DNA of 64,000 nt from Methanothrix sp. (GTDB taxonomy: Archaea; Halobacteriota; Methanosarcinia; Methanotrichales; Methanotrichaceae), in NCBI GenBank assembly GCA_040770465.1, contig JAXGJB010000001.1, forward strand, positions 64,001-128,000. The letters are read 5' to 3'. Under the pieces are notes generated by a model, which had not been told where the DNA came from, made no database searches, and worked only from the letters and a program-made list of their open reading frames with translations. A program made the translations under genes and the position numbers. Below, piece by piece: positions 1 through 9,647 of the stretch. Within the stretch, counting starts at the first letter, position 1; each line of letters opens with the position of its first letter.

Positions 1-1
1 C

Positions 2-103
2 GTCTACGGCCAGCCCAACGAGGGGAGCGTCGCTGTGGTGGTGACACCCGAGAGAAAGGAATATGCCAAGAGCATCATGGACAAGATGATTGTGGAGGAT
101 TGA
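2..103 (+). CDS. C-terminal fragment of DUF359 / GTP-dependent dephospho-CoA kinase
   Basis: Frame 2 reads VYGQPNEGSVAVVVT...IVED*. The YGQPxEG motif and the position just upstream of rps24e-rps27ae are typical of this family. Confidence 0.8.
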   Translation, partial: VYGQPNEGSVAVVVTPERKEYAKSIMDKMIVED

Positions 104-104
104 G

Positions 105-410
105 ATGGAAATCAAGGTCATCGAGGAGAAGAACAACCCGTTGTTGAACAGGAGAGAGGTCAAGTTCGTCGTCGAGCACGATGGGCCCACCCCCTCAAGA
201 AAGAATATCGTCGAGAAGATCGCCGCCACCATGAACTCGAAAGTAGGCCTGGTGATGGTGGACAGTCTCAGGTCCGAGTTCGGGAAGCGCGAGACCGTCG
301 GATACGCCAAGATCTACGAGAACGAGGAGAGGGCGAAAGAGGTGGAGAGGGCTCACATCATCGCGAGGAACGTCCCCGCACCCGCCGCCGAGGCTGAGGA
401 GTCGAGCTAA
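105..410 (+). CDS. rps24e: 30S ribosomal protein S24e
   Basis: MEIKVIEEKNNPLLNRREV...TPSR...FGKRETVGYAKIY; ATG at 105. Confidence 0.95.
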   Translation: MEIKVIEEKNNPLLNRREVKFVVEHDGPTPSRKNIVEKIAATMNSKVGLVMVDSLRSEFGKRETVGYAKIYENEERAKEVERAHIIARNVPAPAAEAEESS

Positions 411-560
411 ATGGCGACAAACGAGTTTTACGAGGTCAGCGGCGACGCCATAAAGAGGAATAAACAGATCTGTCCCCGATGTGGAAACGGGGTATTCCTC
501 GGAGAGCACAAGGACCGGCTCGCCTGCGGAAAGTGCGGATACACCGAGTTCAAGAAGTGA
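411..560 (+). CDS. rps27ae: 30S ribosomal protein S27ae
   Basis: Translated by hand (below ORF-track cutoff): [49 protein letters not shown]; Zn-ribbon. Confidence 0.95.
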   Translation: MATNEFYEVSGDAIKRNKQICPRCGNGVFLGEHKDRLACGKCGYTEFKK

Positions 561-569
561 TCTTTCAGC

Positions 570-645
570 GCCCCTTCCTGGCCTGGAAGGGGGCATGCCG
601 CACTCTTTTGGCATGCGTTTGGCACTATGTTTGTCCTCTTTTTGT
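570..645 (+). terminator. Putative terminator region after rps27ae
   Basis: Hairpins GCCCCTTCC/GGAAGGGGGC and GCATGCC/GGCATGC, followed by oligo-T runs. Confidence 0.45.
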
Positions 646-726
646 ACTCGTTTGAGTTGGGAAACCGTCCCCTTCATCCCGTTGGTTATTTAAACGGAGG
701 AGGATTAACTACTTGAGGGTGTTTCT

Positions 727-1500
727 GTGGTTGACGCATCAGTTGTTTTTGTACCTCTGATCATAGTATTGCTGATACTCTACCAGGGGATAAGGATACC
801 CCGGGAGTACGAGCGGCTCGTCGTCTTCAGGCTGGGCCGGTACAGCGGGATCAAGGGGCCGGGGATCACCATCATCATACCGGTGATCGATAGAGCAATC
901 ACCATGGACCTGCGGGTGGTGACGATCGACGTCCAGAAGCAGGCGGTCATCACCAGGGACAACGTGACCGTGGACGTGGACGCCGTCCTCTATTATCGGG
1001 TCGTCGACCCCGACAGGGCGGTCATCCAGGTCGAGAACTACAGGGTTGCGACAAGCCTCCTCGCCCAGACGACCCTGAGGGACGTCCTCGGCGAGATCGA
1101 GCTCGACGACCTCCTATCGAAGCGAGAGGAGCTGAACGTCAAGCTCCAGGAGATCCTGGATCGGCAGACCGACCCCTGGGGTATCAAGGTCACTGCCGTC
1201 ACCCTCCGGGACGTGAGCCTTCCCGAGTCGATGCTCAGGGCCATCGCCAAGCAGGCCGAGGCCGAGAGGGAGAAGAGGTCGAGGATAATCCTCGCAGACG
1301 GCGAGTTTCAGGCTTCCGAGAGGATGGTTGATGCGGCGAAGCTCTATCAGGGAGCGCCTGTGGCCATCAAGCTGAGGGAGCTTCAGACCCTGGCCGAGAT
1401 AGCGAGGGAGAAGAACCTGATCGTAGTCACCTCCGGCGGCGAGGTCGGCGAGGCGACGGGAACGGTGGCGGGGCTCACCAAGGCCTTCGGTGAGGTATGA
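727..1500 (+). CDS. SPFH/band-7 (stomatin-like, slipin) membrane protein
   Basis: N-terminal TM, EYERLVVFRLG, ITRDNVTVDVDAV, AQTTLR, AEAERE. Confidence 0.93.
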   Translation: MVDASVVFVPLIIVLLILYQGIRIPREYERLVVFRLGRYSGIKGPGITIIIPVIDRAITMDLRVVTIDVQKQAVITRDNVTVDVDAVLYYRVVDPDRAVIQVENYRVATSLLAQTTLRDVLGEIELDDLLSKREELNVKLQEILDRQTDPWGIKVTAVTLRDVSLPESMLRAIAKQAEAEREKRSRIILADGEFQASERMVDAAKLYQGAPVAIKLRELQTLAEIAREKNLIVVTSGGEVGEATGTVAGLTKAFGEV

Positions 1501-2837
1501 AAAGATCAAGATCGGAGGGTTCGGCCTTGGCATCGGCATCGACCTCGCCCCTCTCCGGTCCGCCCCTCTCTTTTATCGTTCTGGCCGCCATCGCCGTCCT
1601 ATGCCTGGCGACCCCGGCCCTCGGCGAGCCTTCTGTGATGGTCGTCGCCCTGGACGACGCCATCACACCGGCAAGCGATGACATCGTCGCCGAGGCGATC
1701 GTCGAGGCGGAGGGGCGGGGGTGCGAGGCCCTGGTGATCACCCTGGACACGCCGGGCGGTGGCCTTTCCGAGACGAAGGAGATCACGAGCCTCATCGAGA
1801 GGACGAGCCTTCCCGTCATCGGGTACGTCTACCCCTCCGGCGCCACCGCCTGGTCTGCGGGGACGATCATCCTCCTCTCCTCGGACATCGCCGCCATGGT
1901 CCCGGGGACGATCATCGGCTCCGCCCAGCCGGTCCAGATCGGGCCGACGGGGACTGAGCCCGTCAATGACACCAAGGTGATAAACGCCGTCGTCGCCCTC
2001 GCCGAGGAGAAGGCGAGGACGAAAGGGAGGAACACCACGGCGGCCCGGGAGTTTGTAACAAGTAACCTCAACCTCAACGCCGAGGACGCCCTAAAATTCG
2101 GGGTCATCGAGGTCGTCAGCCCGAACCTCGAGTCCCTGCTCGACGACGTCGACGGCATGGAGGCGAAGAACCGCACGCTCGCCACCAGCGGCGCCGAGAT
2201 CGTCCGCTTCGTTCCGAGCTTCAGGCTCCAGGTCCTGGCCGTCCTCTCAGATCCCCTGCTGGCGGGGCTCCTCCTGATCGTCGGCCTCTACGCCCTCATC
2301 TTCGGCCTATCGAATCCGGGCCTGGGTGCTGAGCTGGTGGGCGTCATGACCCTGGCCCTCGGCCTCATAGGCCTTGGCTTTTCGGTGAACCTGGGCGCCC
2401 TCTTCCTGATCATCCTGGGGCTCGTCCTCCTCCTGGTTGAGCTGAACAGCCCCGGGTTCGGCCTGATGGGCGCGGCTGGGCTCGCCTGCATGATCGTCGG
2501 GTCGGTCCTCCTCGTCCCCATAGGCTCGACCGACTGGTACACCCCCGCCGAGTACAAGATGGACGCCTTCGTCGCCCTGGTCGTCCCCTCGCTCGTCATC
2601 GGGGCGTTCTTCGTCTTCGCCCTCTACAAGGTGGCGGAGGCGAAAAGAAGGCCCACCTACTCCGAGGTTATGGAGAGGGAGGTCGCAGAGGTCCTGGAGC
2701 GGATCGACCCGCGGGGGCACGTCATCTACAACGGCGAGTACTGGGCCGCCGAGTCTGAGGAGCCGATCGAGGCCGGGGAGACGGTCGAGGTGGTGGGGAA
2801 GGAGAGGATGGTGCTGAAGGTGAGGCGGAAGGGGTAG
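1497..2837 (+). CDS. nfeD: NfeD (stomatin-operon partner) membrane serine protease
   Basis: LDTPGG, AWSAG, IGSAQP ClpP-like domain, TM bundle, C-terminal OB fold (GEYWAA); 4-nt overlap with the stomatin gene. Confidence 0.9.
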   Translation: MKRSRSEGSALASASTSPLSGPPLSFIVLAAIAVLCLATPALGEPSVMVVALDDAITPASDDIVAEAIVEAEGRGCEALVITLDTPGGGLSETKEITSLIERTSLPVIGYVYPSGATAWSAGTIILLSSDIAAMVPGTIIGSAQPVQIGPTGTEPVNDTKVINAVVALAEEKARTKGRNTTAAREFVTSNLNLNAEDALKFGVIEVVSPNLESLLDDVDGMEAKNRTLATSGAEIVRFVPSFRLQVLAVLSDPLLAGLLLIVGLYALIFGLSNPGLGAELVGVMTLALGLIGLGFSVNLGALFLIILGLVLLLVELNSPGFGLMGAAGLACMIVGSVLLVPIGSTDWYTPAEYKMDAFVALVVPSLVIGAFFVFALYKVAEAKRRPTYSEVMEREVAEVLERIDPRGHVIYNGEYWAAESEEPIEAGETVEVVGKERMVLKVRRKG

Positions 2838-3026
2838 GCGCGTGGAGGCGCGAGGTGGTGCGGGCTCGTGGCAGGCCTGGCCCTCTCACCACCGTTTTTG
2901 GGCGATCGCCGGGCGGCGCTAGACCTGATTGGCAGAAGTCTCGCACAGGGATCTGAGTCGTCAAAACTCGCGCCCCTTCCCGATTGACGAAACCTTTATG
3001 ATAAATGGGAACATTCGATAGCCTCA

Positions 3027-5636
3027 GTGAAAGACTTCTTTATCAGCTACACCAGCGCCGACGAAAAATGGGCAACGTGGATAGCCTGGCAGCTAGAGGT
3101 GGCGGGATACACCACCATCCTCCAGGCCTGGGATTTTCGGCCAGCGCACAACTTCATGATGGAGATGGATGAAGCCTCCAAAAAAACAGAAAGAACGATA
3201 GCCATTCTATCTCCTGATTATTTCGAATCCGACTTCTGTAAATTGGAGGCGTTTACCGCTCTCGTCGAAGATCCAGCGAGCAGGGCGGGGAAGCTGCTTC
3301 CGATACGAGTAAGAGAATTTGAGAAGAAGGGTCTTATGAGGTCAATCGTTTACATCGACTTGATGGGGCTGGAGGAAGAAGCAGCAAATAAGGCCCTCCT
3401 TGACGGTGTCAAGTTCGATCGGGTGCCGTCGCCGCCGCCGGGCTTCCCAGGCTTGCGGTCAGTGACGGAAAAGCCGCGTTTTCCTGGAGCTCTGCCGGAC
3501 GTCTGGAACGTCCCTTTTAACCGAAACCCTAACTTCACAGGCCGGAGATCCCTTTTGACCGATCTTCACGCAGCTCTGAACTCCGGTCAATACGCCGCTC
3601 TGACTCAGGCGATAGTCGGCCTCGGCGGCGTGGGCAAGACCCAGTTGGCGCTGGAGTACGTCTATAGCTACATCGACGACTACGAGATCGTCTGGTGGCT
3701 GCGATCTGAAGAGCCATCGACCCTGGTCGCCGATTACGTCGGCCTCGCCGCGGCTCTGAATCTGCCGGAGAGCCGCCTCGCAGATCAGAATATCGTCGTC
3801 GAGGCCGTAAGGCGCAAGCTCGGCCAGCTCGAAGGCTGGCTTCTGATATTCGATAACGCCGCGAAACCTGAACGTGTCGATCCTTACCTGCCCCAAGGAG
3901 GCCGGGGTCATGTGATTATCACCTCCCGGAATCCAAACTGGGGCGGTACCGCAAAGTCCCTCCCCGTCAACGTCTTTAGCCGGGACGAGTCGATTGAGTT
4001 CCTTTGTAAGAGAACCAGGCAGCAAGACGGCGCCGACGCTCTTGCTGACGCTCTTGGCGACCTGCCCCTCGCCCTTGAGCAAGCTGGGGCGTATATCGAT
4101 AGTACTATGATTACGCTTGCAGACTACCTCAAAAGGTTCCAACAAAAGAAAAATCAAATATTAAAGCGCTACAATCCTATCGCTTATTCCGGCACTGTAG
4201 GTACAACTTGGGAAATCTCATTCCAGCAGCTCCAAAATGAGTCTACTGTAGGCGCTAATATGCTCAACCTCATAGCGTTCCTAGCCTCTGACAACATACC
4301 TAAATCACTTCTCATAGAGGGAGCACTGGATCTTTTTGACCCCCTAGAAGCCGCAGCTTTAGCTATCATTGCCTTAGTTAATCCGGATGAAGGCATAAAA
4401 TCGCTAATCGATCCAATTAAGATTGACGATGCCATAGCGGCACTGAAAAAGTACTCGCTTGTGACTGTGACATACGATTACCTATCTGTCCACAAGCTTG
4501 TTCAGACTTCTACTCGCAATAGGATGGTCGAGGACGAAAAGACGAGGTGGGCCAAGGCTGCAATTCTGCTCATGAATAACACCTTTCCCAGAGAAAGCTA
4601 TGACATCCGGAAATGGCCTAAATGCTCGCTCTTATTACCCCACGCCTTAGTATCAGTGGACCATGCAATAACGCATAAAGTTGCTCCTGAAGCTGTAGCC
4701 AGCCTTTTAAATGAGGTTGGAATTTACCTACAAGAATTAGCTGATTATGCCAGGGCAAAGTTGGCCTTCGAGCGGACCCTTCGTATTCGCAAGCAGGTAC
4801 ATGGCTCTGACCATCCGGATGTGGCCATTGGGGCTAATAACCTTGGTGTATTATTACTAAAGATTAACGACCTACAAGGCGCAGTTAAATATTTCGAAGA
4901 GGCCCTGAGGATCTTCGAGAAAGAATACGGCCCGGATCATCCTAAATTGGGCGGTGTAATCAATAACATATCCGCGGCTCAGTTCGAAATGGGAAACTTC
5001 AAAGGTGCCAAGAAGAATGTTGTTAAGGCTATGAAGATCCATATGAAGTCGTTTGGCACAAATTCTGCTGAAGTGGCTAGCGACCTCAATAATCTCGGTT
5101 CAATCATGTGGAAAATGAAAAACTTTAGAAGTGCCAAAAAGATTCTTGAGCGTGCTCTCAAAATCGATGAGAACGTGTTCGGTCCCGACCATCCATCCGT
5201 AGCTAGGGATGCCAACAACCTCGGCCTAGTCCTACATGCTCTCTTAGAATATGAGAACGCAAAAAATTATCATGAGATTGCGATGCGTATTGAAAAGAAG
5301 CTGTACGGTGCCGACCATCCATACGTGGCCAGGGATGCCAACAACCTTGGCTCGGTTCTCGAAGATATGGGCGATCTGGAGAAAGCGAAGAATTATTACG
5401 AGCAAGCTATGCTTATAAATACGAAAGTATACGGTCCAGACAGCCGCGAAGTTGCGATGAACCTCAACAACCTCGGCAAGGTCCTGAATAGCATTGGCGA
5501 CCCTGCCGGCACCAAAAATTCTTTCGAGAGTGCATTAAAGATATTCCGAGAGATTCTGGGAGACGCTCATCCTGACACAGTGAAGGCACGAAATAATCTT
5601 GAGACTATAGATCGCTGCCTTAGAAGTAGATCTTGA
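3027..5636 (+). CDS. TIR - NB-ARC (STAND ATPase) - TPR protein (NLR-like, FxsT-like architecture)
   Basis: TIR_2 DFFISY...SPDYFESDFCKLE; Walker A GLGGVGKT; Walker B WLLIFDNA; IITSR; DLPLAL; about 7 repeats of 42 aa (HPxVAxxxNNLG). Confidence 0.9.
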   Translation: MKDFFISYTSADEKWATWIAWQLEVAGYTTILQAWDFRPAHNFMMEMDEASKKTERTIAILSPDYFESDFCKLEAFTALVEDPASRAGKLLPIRVREFEKKGLMRSIVYIDLMGLEEEAANKALLDGVKFDRVPSPPPGFPGLRSVTEKPRFPGALPDVWNVPFNRNPNFTGRRSLLTDLHAALNSGQYAALTQAIVGLGGVGKTQLALEYVYSYIDDYEIVWWLRSEEPSTLVADYVGLAAALNLPESRLADQNIVVEAVRRKLGQLEGWLLIFDNAAKPERVDPYLPQGGRGHVIITSRNPNWGGTAKSLPVNVFSRDESIEFLCKRTRQQDGADALADALGDLPLALEQAGAYIDSTMITLADYLKRFQQKKNQILKRYNPIAYSGTVGTTWEISFQQLQNESTVGANMLNLIAFLASDNIPKSLLIEGALDLFDPLEAAALAIIALVNPDEGIKSLIDPIKIDDAIAALKKYSLVTVTYDYLSVHKLVQTSTRNRMVEDEKTRWAKAAILLMNNTFPRESYDIRKWPKCSLLLPHALVSVDHAITHKVAPEAVASLLNEVGIYLQELADYARAKLAFERTLRIRKQVHGSDHPDVAIGANNLGVLLLKINDLQGAVKYFEEALRIFEKEYGPDHPKLGGVINNISAAQFEMGNFKGAKKNVVKAMKIHMKSFGTNSAEVASDLNNLGSIMWKMKNFRSAKKILERALKIDENVFGPDHPSVARDANNLGLVLHALLEYENAKNYHEIAMRIEKKLYGADHPYVARDANNLGSVLEDMGDLEKAKNYYEQAMLINTKVYGPDSREVAMNLNNLGKVLNSIGDPAGTKNSFESALKIFREILGDAHPDTVKARNNLETIDRCLRSRS

Positions 5637-5756
5637 ACGACAGCTATTTCGATCGCGTCTCCCCTTCCCCCATCCCACACTAAGCCGAATGCTATTACCT
5701 TCTTTCCTGAGATCAATAACCTTTAAACAATCCCCCGCCTTACCCTCCCCTCATCC

Positions 5757-7826
5757 ATGGTCGAAGATCCCGTTGCGAAGTGGGAGGAGTTCATCAGGTC
5801 CAGGTACTGGGACGAGCTGTTGGAGCTCGCCGACTCCTACCCCCTCCGCCGAAGCCTAGTCATCAAGTTCCCCGACGTCGACCGGTACGACCCGGAGTTC
5901 GCCGACGAGCTTTTGGAGCGGCCCGAGCCCCTCCTGGAGGCGGCCGAGACCGCCCTCCTGGAGATCGATCTGCCCATCGACGTCGTCTTAGAGAAGGCTC
6001 ACTTCCGGATAGTGGGGCTTCCCCGAAGGTACAAGACGAGCGAGCTTCGGTCCGATCACATCGGCCGGCTCATCGCCCTGGAGGGGCTGGTGCGGACGGT
6101 GACCGAGGTGCGGCCGAAAGTGATCTCGGCGGCCTTCGAGTGCCAGAGGTGCGGCCACCTCTTCTACAAGGAGCAGACCACCTCCAAGTTCCAGGAGCCC
6201 TACGACTGCCCCAACGAGGCCTGCGACCGGCGAGGCCCCTTCAAGCTGCTCCTGGACAGGTCAAGGTTCGTCGACGCCCAGAACGTCCGGGTCCAGGAGT
6301 CCCCCGAGGAGCTCCGGGGCGGCGAGCAGCCCCAGACCCTCGACGTCCAGCTCGAAGACGACCTGACGGGGATGATCTACCCCGGCGACCGGGTCGTGAT
6401 CAACGGGGCTCTTCGGTCATATCAGAGGACGACTCAGACCGGGAAGTCGACATACTTCGATCTGTTCCTCGAAGGAAACTCCATCGAGATGATGGAGCAA
6501 GAGTTCGAGGAGATCGACATCAAGGCAGAAGACGAGCGGCTGATAAGAGAGCTTGCCGGCGACCCCATGATCTACGACAAGGTCAAAAGGTCCATCGCCC
6601 CCTCCATCTACGGCTACGACGAGGTGAAGGAGGCCCTGGGGTTACAGCTATTCTCCGGCGTCTCCAAGGGCCTCCCCGACGGGACCAGGATCCGAGGCGA
6701 CATCCACATCCTCCTCGTCGGCGACCCCGGCATCGCAAAAAGCCAGCTCCTCAGGTACATCTCCAAGCTCTCGCCCCGGGGGATCTACACCTCGGGGAAG
6801 AGCTCCACCTCGGCGGGTCTGACCGCGACGGCCGTCAAGGACGAGCTCGGCGACGGCCGCTGGACCATCGAGGCGGGAGCGCTGGTCCTGGCGGACAAGG
6901 GGATCGCCTGCATCGACGAGATGGACAAGATGAGAAGCGAAGACCGGTCCGCCCTCCACGAGGCGATGGAGCAGCAGACGATCAGCGTCGCGAAAGCCGG
7001 GGTGATGGCGACCCTCAAGTCGCGATGCGCCCTCCTGGCTGCCGCGAACCCCAAGTTCGGCCGCTTCGACAAGTACGAGGGGATAGCCCAGCAGATCAAC
7101 CTCTCCCCCGCCCTCATGTCCCGGTTCGATCTGATCTTCGTCCTCACCGACGAGCCTAGCGACGCCCGCGACTCCCAGATCGCCCACCACATCGGCCAGA
7201 CCACCTACGCCGGCGAGATCTCGTCGCGGGGCGACAGGTCGAGAGAGGAGCTGGAGGCGGTGATGGATGTGATCCGCCCCGCCATCGAGCCCGAGGTCCT
7301 AAGAAAGTACATCGCCTACGCCCGAAAGAACGTCTTTCCCGTCCTCTCCGACGAGGCGAGAGAGAGGCTCGAAGGCTACTACGTCAGCCTCCGAAAGCAG
7401 GGCCAGGACTCAAACAAGCCCGTCCCGGTGACGGCAAGACAGCTTGAAGCCCTCTTCAGGCTAAGCGAATCGAGCGCGAGGCTCCGTCTCAGCGACGAGA
7501 TCACCGGCGGCGACGCCGAACGGGTGATCAGGATCGTCGAGTCCTGCCTCCGGCAGGTGGGGGTCGACCCCGAGACCGGCCTCCTCGACGCCGACGTCCT
7601 GGCGGTGGGGATCAGCAAGAGCACCCGGGACAAGACGAGGCTCGTCCTCGACCTCATAAAAGAGCTGACAAAAGAGCACCAGGGCCCCGCCCCCCTGGAG
7701 GCGGTCCTCGACGGGGCCGAGGCGAAGCTCGCTATGGAGAGACATAAAGCCGAAGAGATCATAAAGAGGCTCAGGACAAACGGCGAGATCTTCGAGCCGA
7801 GACCCGGCTATCTGAAGCTTCCATGA
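5757..7826 (+). CDS. mcm: Replicative helicase MCM
   Basis: Zn-finger CQRC..CPNEAC, GDPGIAKS, IDEMDK, SRFD; no intein. Confidence 0.97.
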   Translation: MVEDPVAKWEEFIRSRYWDELLELADSYPLRRSLVIKFPDVDRYDPEFADELLERPEPLLEAAETALLEIDLPIDVVLEKAHFRIVGLPRRYKTSELRSDHIGRLIALEGLVRTVTEVRPKVISAAFECQRCGHLFYKEQTTSKFQEPYDCPNEACDRRGPFKLLLDRSRFVDAQNVRVQESPEELRGGEQPQTLDVQLEDDLTGMIYPGDRVVINGALRSYQRTTQTGKSTYFDLFLEGNSIEMMEQEFEEIDIKAEDERLIRELAGDPMIYDKVKRSIAPSIYGYDEVKEALGLQLFSGVSKGLPDGTRIRGDIHILLVGDPGIAKSQLLRYISKLSPRGIYTSGKSSTSAGLTATAVKDELGDGRWTIEAGALVLADKGIACIDEMDKMRSEDRSALHEAMEQQTISVAKAGVMATLKSRCALLAAANPKFGRFDKYEGIAQQINLSPALMSRFDLIFVLTDEPSDARDSQIAHHIGQTTYAGEISSRGDRSREELEAVMDVIRPAIEPEVLRKYIAYARKNVFPVLSDEARERLEGYYVSLRKQGQDSNKPVPVTARQLEALFRLSESSARLRLSDEITGGDAERVIRIVESCLRQVGVDPETGLLDADVLAVGISKSTRDKTRLVLDLIKELTKEHQGPAPLEAVLDGAEAKLAMERHKAEEIIKRLRTNGEIFEPRPGYLKLP

Positions 7827-7835
7827 TGTGATAAG

Positions 7836-8156
7836 ATGCATGACCACGATGACAGATCAGAGATGATGTACCTCAAGGTTCACAGGATCAGCGGCGAGGT
7901 TATGGTGGCGGTCTGCGACTGCGAGCTATTGGGAAAGACCTTCGACGAGGGGGAGCTCTGCCTATCTGTTGAGGCCGCCTTCTTCGGCGAAGAGGTGGCG
8001 ACAGAGGGCGACGTCGAGCGGGCCCTCGCCGGGGCGTCGATCGCCAACATCGTGGGCGAGAGGGCCGTCGCCTGCGCCATCGAGACGAAGAGCATCGACG
8101 GCAAGAACGTCCTCCGGATCGACGGCGTTCCCACCGCCCAGATGGTGCGGATGTGA
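7836..8156 (+). CDS. DUF424 family protein
   Basis: VAVCDCELLGK...FFG...ANIVGERAV; usual position between mcm and nmd3. Confidence 0.85.
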   Translation: MHDHDDRSEMMYLKVHRISGEVMVAVCDCELLGKTFDEGELCLSVEAAFFGEEVATEGDVERALAGASIANIVGERAVACAIETKSIDGKNVLRIDGVPTAQMVRM

Positions 8157-9205
8157 CAAAAGAGAGCGTCTGCCCACAATGCGGCGAGCCCTCCACCCTG
8201 GGCCTATGCGACCGCTGCCGCCTCGCCATGGCCACCCTCCTCGAGTGCCCCGACTCCGTCGAGGTGACGATATGCCCCCTCTGCGGCTCCCAGCTCATCC
8301 GGGGGCGGTGGCAGGATGCGAAAGCCTCCGTCGAGGAGCTGATAACAGAGGCCGTCGCCGAGAAGATCGGCATCCACCAGGATCTCGCCGACCCAAAGGT
8401 GGAGATCTCGGTATCGCAACTGAACGCCACCCAGTACCTGGTGGATGTCCACCTCTCGGGAACCTTCGGCGAGCTTGCGGCCTCAGGCGACTGCATCGTC
8501 AGGGCAAAAGCCCAGAAGGCCACTTGCGAGAGGTGCAGCAGGATGGCGGGAAACTACTACGAGGCGACCGTCCAGGTGAGGGGCTCTGCGGGGGCGCCCG
8601 GACCCGATGAGCTGAAAATGAGCAGAAAGATCGCCGAGGAGGTTACCGCAAGCTCTTTTGAGAGGGGGGACCGGCTCTCCTTCATCCAGGAGATCAAAGG
8701 GGTCAAAGGCGGGATGGACCTGGTGGTGGGGTCGACCCAACAGGGAAGATCGATCGCGCGCGCCATCCACGAGCGGTTTGGTGGAAGCACCCAGGAATCC
8801 TACAAGCTTGCAGGGACGAAAGACGGAAAGAGCGTCTATCGGACCAGCATCCTCGTCAGGCTCCCGAGTCTCAAAGCCGGCGACCTGATCAGGACGAGAG
8901 GCGCGTTTCTGGAGGTGCGAGGCTTTGAGGGTAAGAGGACAGTCTCGCGATCTCTGCGAGACGGCGCGACCTTCTATCTCTCGCCAGAAGAGGCGGAAGA
9001 TGCCGTCCTGGTGGGGAACCGATCCTCCGCCGAGAGGGGCGTGGTGGTGGCCGCAGACCGGGACGTCCTGGAGGTCTTGGACCCCCAGAGCTACAGGACC
9101 GTCTCCGCATCCAGGCCCTGCACTCTCGCCGCCGAGGCGGGGGACGAAGTCGAGTTTTTGAGGTTCAGGGGCGACCTCGTCATCCTTCCTCCTCGGGACG
9201 GATGA
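8153..9205 (+). CDS. nmd3: NMD3-family ribosome biogenesis protein
   Basis: Four CxxC pairs, GNYYEATVQVR, C-terminal eIF5A-like region. Confidence 0.9.
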   Translation: MTKESVCPQCGEPSTLGLCDRCRLAMATLLECPDSVEVTICPLCGSQLIRGRWQDAKASVEELITEAVAEKIGIHQDLADPKVEISVSQLNATQYLVDVHLSGTFGELAASGDCIVRAKAQKATCERCSRMAGNYYEATVQVRGSAGAPGPDELKMSRKIAEEVTASSFERGDRLSFIQEIKGVKGGMDLVVGSTQQGRSIARAIHERFGGSTQESYKLAGTKDGKSVYRTSILVRLPSLKAGDLIRTRGAFLEVRGFEGKRTVSRSLRDGATFYLSPEEAEDAVLVGNRSSAERGVVVAADRDVLEVLDPQSYRTVSASRPCTLAAEAGDEVEFLRFRGDLVILPPRDG

Positions 9206-9647
9206 GGTCAGAGCGGGCAATCTTAACCTCCACCACAAAGTTATTAAACTAGCTTCGTCCTATTTCTTGGCAATGGTAATGCTCGCAAAGATGCTTTGCG
9301 AGCCGGACGATCATCGAGCCCATCTTCATGCGCCGGTTGATGTATAAAAATATGCGAATAGATTCTCGGGCGATGGACCATCGCCTGCGAGATCTGTGCA
9401 TCCCGCCACCCCATGTGAAGACGAATGAGAGTCCGATACGCAGAAGTTCCATCATCAAGATGCTCATAATCACGAAGTTGATGCCCACCGATTGAAATAG
9501 CTAGATAGATACACCTTCACCATCATCCTCTAAAATCACTATGCTGAGGTTTTTCGGCTCCGATCGGGAATCGTGGATTGTGCCGCGTTAGCGAAGCCCC
9601 GATGCCGCGAGTGTATTTATCTATCTATTTTAAAATAAGAGGTGTCT

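Noticed and set aside
727-2837. Stomatin-NfeD pair as a novel system
   Set aside because: This is a well-described, widespread operon.
5780-7159. Long alternative-frame and antisense ORFs (also 35597-37036, 39941-41113, 54002-55012 and many more)
   Set aside because: These are shadow ORFs of well-supported genes, expected at high GC3; they are Arg/Pro/Gly-rich with no motifs.
5757-7826. Intein in MCM (also checked aIF5B)
   Set aside because: Lengths are normal and the motifs are contiguous.
9249-9488. 79-aa minus-strand ORF, or a replication origin near mcm/dnaG
   Set aside because: No recognisable motifs or host-like codon bias; no ORB repeats or cdc6.
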